Shown: piece by piece, positions 61,432 to 64,000 of the stretch
Layout: each line of letters begins with the position of its first letter
Numbering within the stretch: the stretch's first letter is position 1
Origin: Diadema antillarum
Taxonomy: Eukaryota
Reading direction: 5' to 3'
Assembly (NCBI RefSeq): GCF_040938485.1
Contig: NW_027271384.1
Coordinates: 1,674,001-1,738,000, forward strand
Length of the DNA stretch: 64,000 nucleotides
Made by a program: the position numbers and the translations under genes
The notes under the pieces: model-generated
Told to the model about the DNA's origin: nothing
Database searches by the model: none
What the model saw: only the letters and a program-made list of their open reading frames with translations

Positions 61432-63299
61432 AGGAAGGAGGGGGGTGGGGGGAGGGGGTAACAGGTGCAATCATCTGAGAAGTTCCAATCCCATGAGATG
61501 TTTCAAACCCTTGTCGAGTCTCTCTCCTCCCGGTGTCTCTTAAAGGACTTTCTGAGATTGAAGGGATTATTTAGTTCGCAACCAGTTATCTTGGCTGCTA
61601 CGTAACACGCGTGCTTGCACAAAGTTGATCGGGTGCGGAACATTTCTTTCACAGCTAAGTATGGAGGTGACTTGGGTCCATGTCCATTGTCTTACGCAAC
61701 GCGTAAATGCTCTAGTATATGTGTGTATACGTTTCCATCTGTTTTGTCTCTCCCTCTATCTTGCTCTTTTACTATTCTCTCCTGGCCTTGGTGTTTGTAT
61801 TTTTGAATATCCCCCATATTTTTTGCTATGTGCTACAGACTTCCATTAAAGCCAGTGATATGCACTTCTGCCATCAGTAGGAAAAAAAAAACCCTGTGTT
61901 TTATGTATCCACTAGTTGCTACCAAAGAAAAGAGATATAACCATCTGTCATCTGATCAAATAATCCTGACTGCAAAAACAAACAAAACGCAAAAGAAAAC
62001 TGACTGATATAGTTATGAAAGTTCAAAACCTACTGGTCTGAATATAGAGGTAGAGCCAGGAAGAAAGCAACTACCAGTAAAGAATAGGAGCAAAAAAAGA
62101 AGAAGAAAAGAAGAAGATGGGGAGTGATGGGAAGGGGGAATTCTGTCATACATTAAGTTAGCTGTTGTCGACAACTCTTGCATGTATATTGTGATGATAT
62201 GTGGAGACAATGGTAAACTTTCACTGATTGCATGCAGACTGATGTCTTACAAAAAGCATAGCTGTGCTGCATTGATCTGAATCATTTCCTGTGAGAAGTC
62301 TTCAATGAAATATATGTGGAAAGAAAGAAAATATATTATACAAGGAGTATCGAGATTCACCGATTAATCTACTCTCATACTTTCATATTTCTTTATGATC
62401 AATTCCAAGTGTTTATATTTTGTAGCTTCATGCCAAGCAAGTAATGAACTAAGGGTAAGCCAATATGGTAGAAGTACATGTAGCTGCCACTTGATTTTAC
62501 CCAGGACAGTAGGCACTGATTCATCCATATATTCGCACTATTGGTATATTGGTATGCTTTGAATGTTTAATGCCTTGCTTTTCTTATCTCTTTTTTACAA
62601 ATAGAATTTGATATGGTATGTCACTCTCACACAATCCTGTGAACTTTAACTTGCATATTGTCAGTCAAATTGAAACAACTTAACAAAGACATGTAAGAAT
62701 GAGGAAAATTTTGTTGTAAGTTACATTATAAGTTTCAAAACTTTGTTATATTAATGCCAATAATCTCAGTAGGAAATTTCATTAACTTTTAGCCACTGGG
62801 AGGTGGGAATTGCCAACAGATGCACAACAGCCAACTGTGCTAATCCACTTGTCGAATGTAGAGACTGCACATTATATCTGTACCACCGCATCAATATTTG
62901 GATGTTGTACCTCACGTGTAGTGTGTCGAGAGTTCTGTGTGTGTCACACTGTCTTGGATGGGTATAAAGGCTGATGAACAGGATTCACTTATGATTAGAA
63001 ATGATACTTAACACATACTTTCCATTGACCCCCTGTCTGATGCACAAGTGAGCATTGATGTAAAGTTATGTGAACCCCCCCCCCCCCCCACGCTAACTCC
63101 TTCATTAACTACTTAACCCTGCTGTTACCATCAGCCACTTGTTTCTATGTCTTGTCAATAGCATTGTGACATGGCGGTGCTGAGGAAGTTAAGGATAAGT
63201 GAGTACTCTTGGGGAATTGTCCAGAGATCGTGTATATGCATCTTATTTTGTACCACATGGGATTGAGAACGAAAGAGGAAGTGCGCTTGATAGGTAAGG

Positions 63300-64000
63300 G
63301 GGTTTGCTACACAGTATGCTTGTTAATTGTGTTTTGGGCAAATTATGGTTGGTACATATGCTTGCCATCAGTGTCATGGTAGAAATCAATGACAGAGGAT
63401 ATCATATACTCTCTGCCGTATGGTGTATCGTGATCGGGTGCACACAGTCCCAAGGATCCTGCTGGGCCAACTTTGTCACTCTCGTACTACCACGTACGAT
63501 ACATATCCATTATCAGAGATTTACCCAGTCATATAGGTTGTGCGACAGACGTGGGGAGGGTGTGCATTCTTCCTCTGTCTTGCATCTTATCTATTGCACA
63601 GGTAAACCATATTTTCATTCATTTCTAGTATAAGACTTACCAAAGGACCAGCAGGATCCACTCTTAGACACAACAAACATCCATACCGTGAGGCAGGTCA
63701 ATCACCTCCTGCGTGCATTCACCGATACATCTGATGCAGAAAGGTTTGTGTAAAAACGTTGTACGTGTAATGCAATGCAATAGGTTGTATGGCAGTGTAA
63801 CTTCCCCCAACAGTCGAAATGATGTTGTGGCTATGCTTTTGCCACCTTCTTCCCCCTTTTTTAACTTCAATGGAATGTTCCAGTCTGTCTGTAGTTGAGA
63901 TAATTACATGATTTCCATTGTGGAAATGTGATTGATAATTCTTTGATACTTCGCCCAGCTATGGTCTCAGCGCCTTCGGTATTTTGGCACTGTCACGTTT
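63300..64000 (+). mobile_element. Decayed RTE-like LINE RT remnant
   Basis: Frameshifted pieces TVPRILL..., ISIIRDL, VRQ..CIL.PL, NHLLRAF and SAFGIL..R appear in the correct order. Confidence 0.5.

Overview
Eukaryotic, AT-rich, intron-containing DNA. The repeat types and gene content suggest a marine invertebrate deuterostome, probably an echinoderm; this is inference. Five housekeeping genes can be rebuilt exon by exon with GT-AG junctions and consistent phases: frataxin (+, 4023-8347), alkaline ceramidase ACER2-like (-, CDS 26593-19400, with a likely 5' non-coding exon near 32 kb), TMEM186 (+), ASB7 (+) and endosulfine ENSA/ARPP19 (+, 53663-61431). The rest is a dense mosaic of non-autonomous DNA transposons (TTAA/Kolobok-type, TA/Tc1-mariner-type, CTG-TSD Harbinger-like, Sola-like) and decayed LINE/Penelope remnants, plus two N gaps. 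The most notable observations are: (1) a 2007-bp non-coding element with exact V(D)J-RSS heptamer ends (CACAGTG), bipartite TIRs and a perfect 5-bp CGGCG target duplication (Transib/RAG-transposon type) about 300 bp upstream of the ENSA start codon; (2) minimal type-I hammerhead ribozyme motifs in Penelope-like termini at 38.9 kb and 13.5 kb; (3) leader architectures in TMEM186 and ASB7 where a uORF is in frame with, or switchable into, the main ORF; (4) a nested transposon stack in ENSA intron 1. Transposon superfamily names are assigned from TSD and terminal signatures only. No database searches were run.
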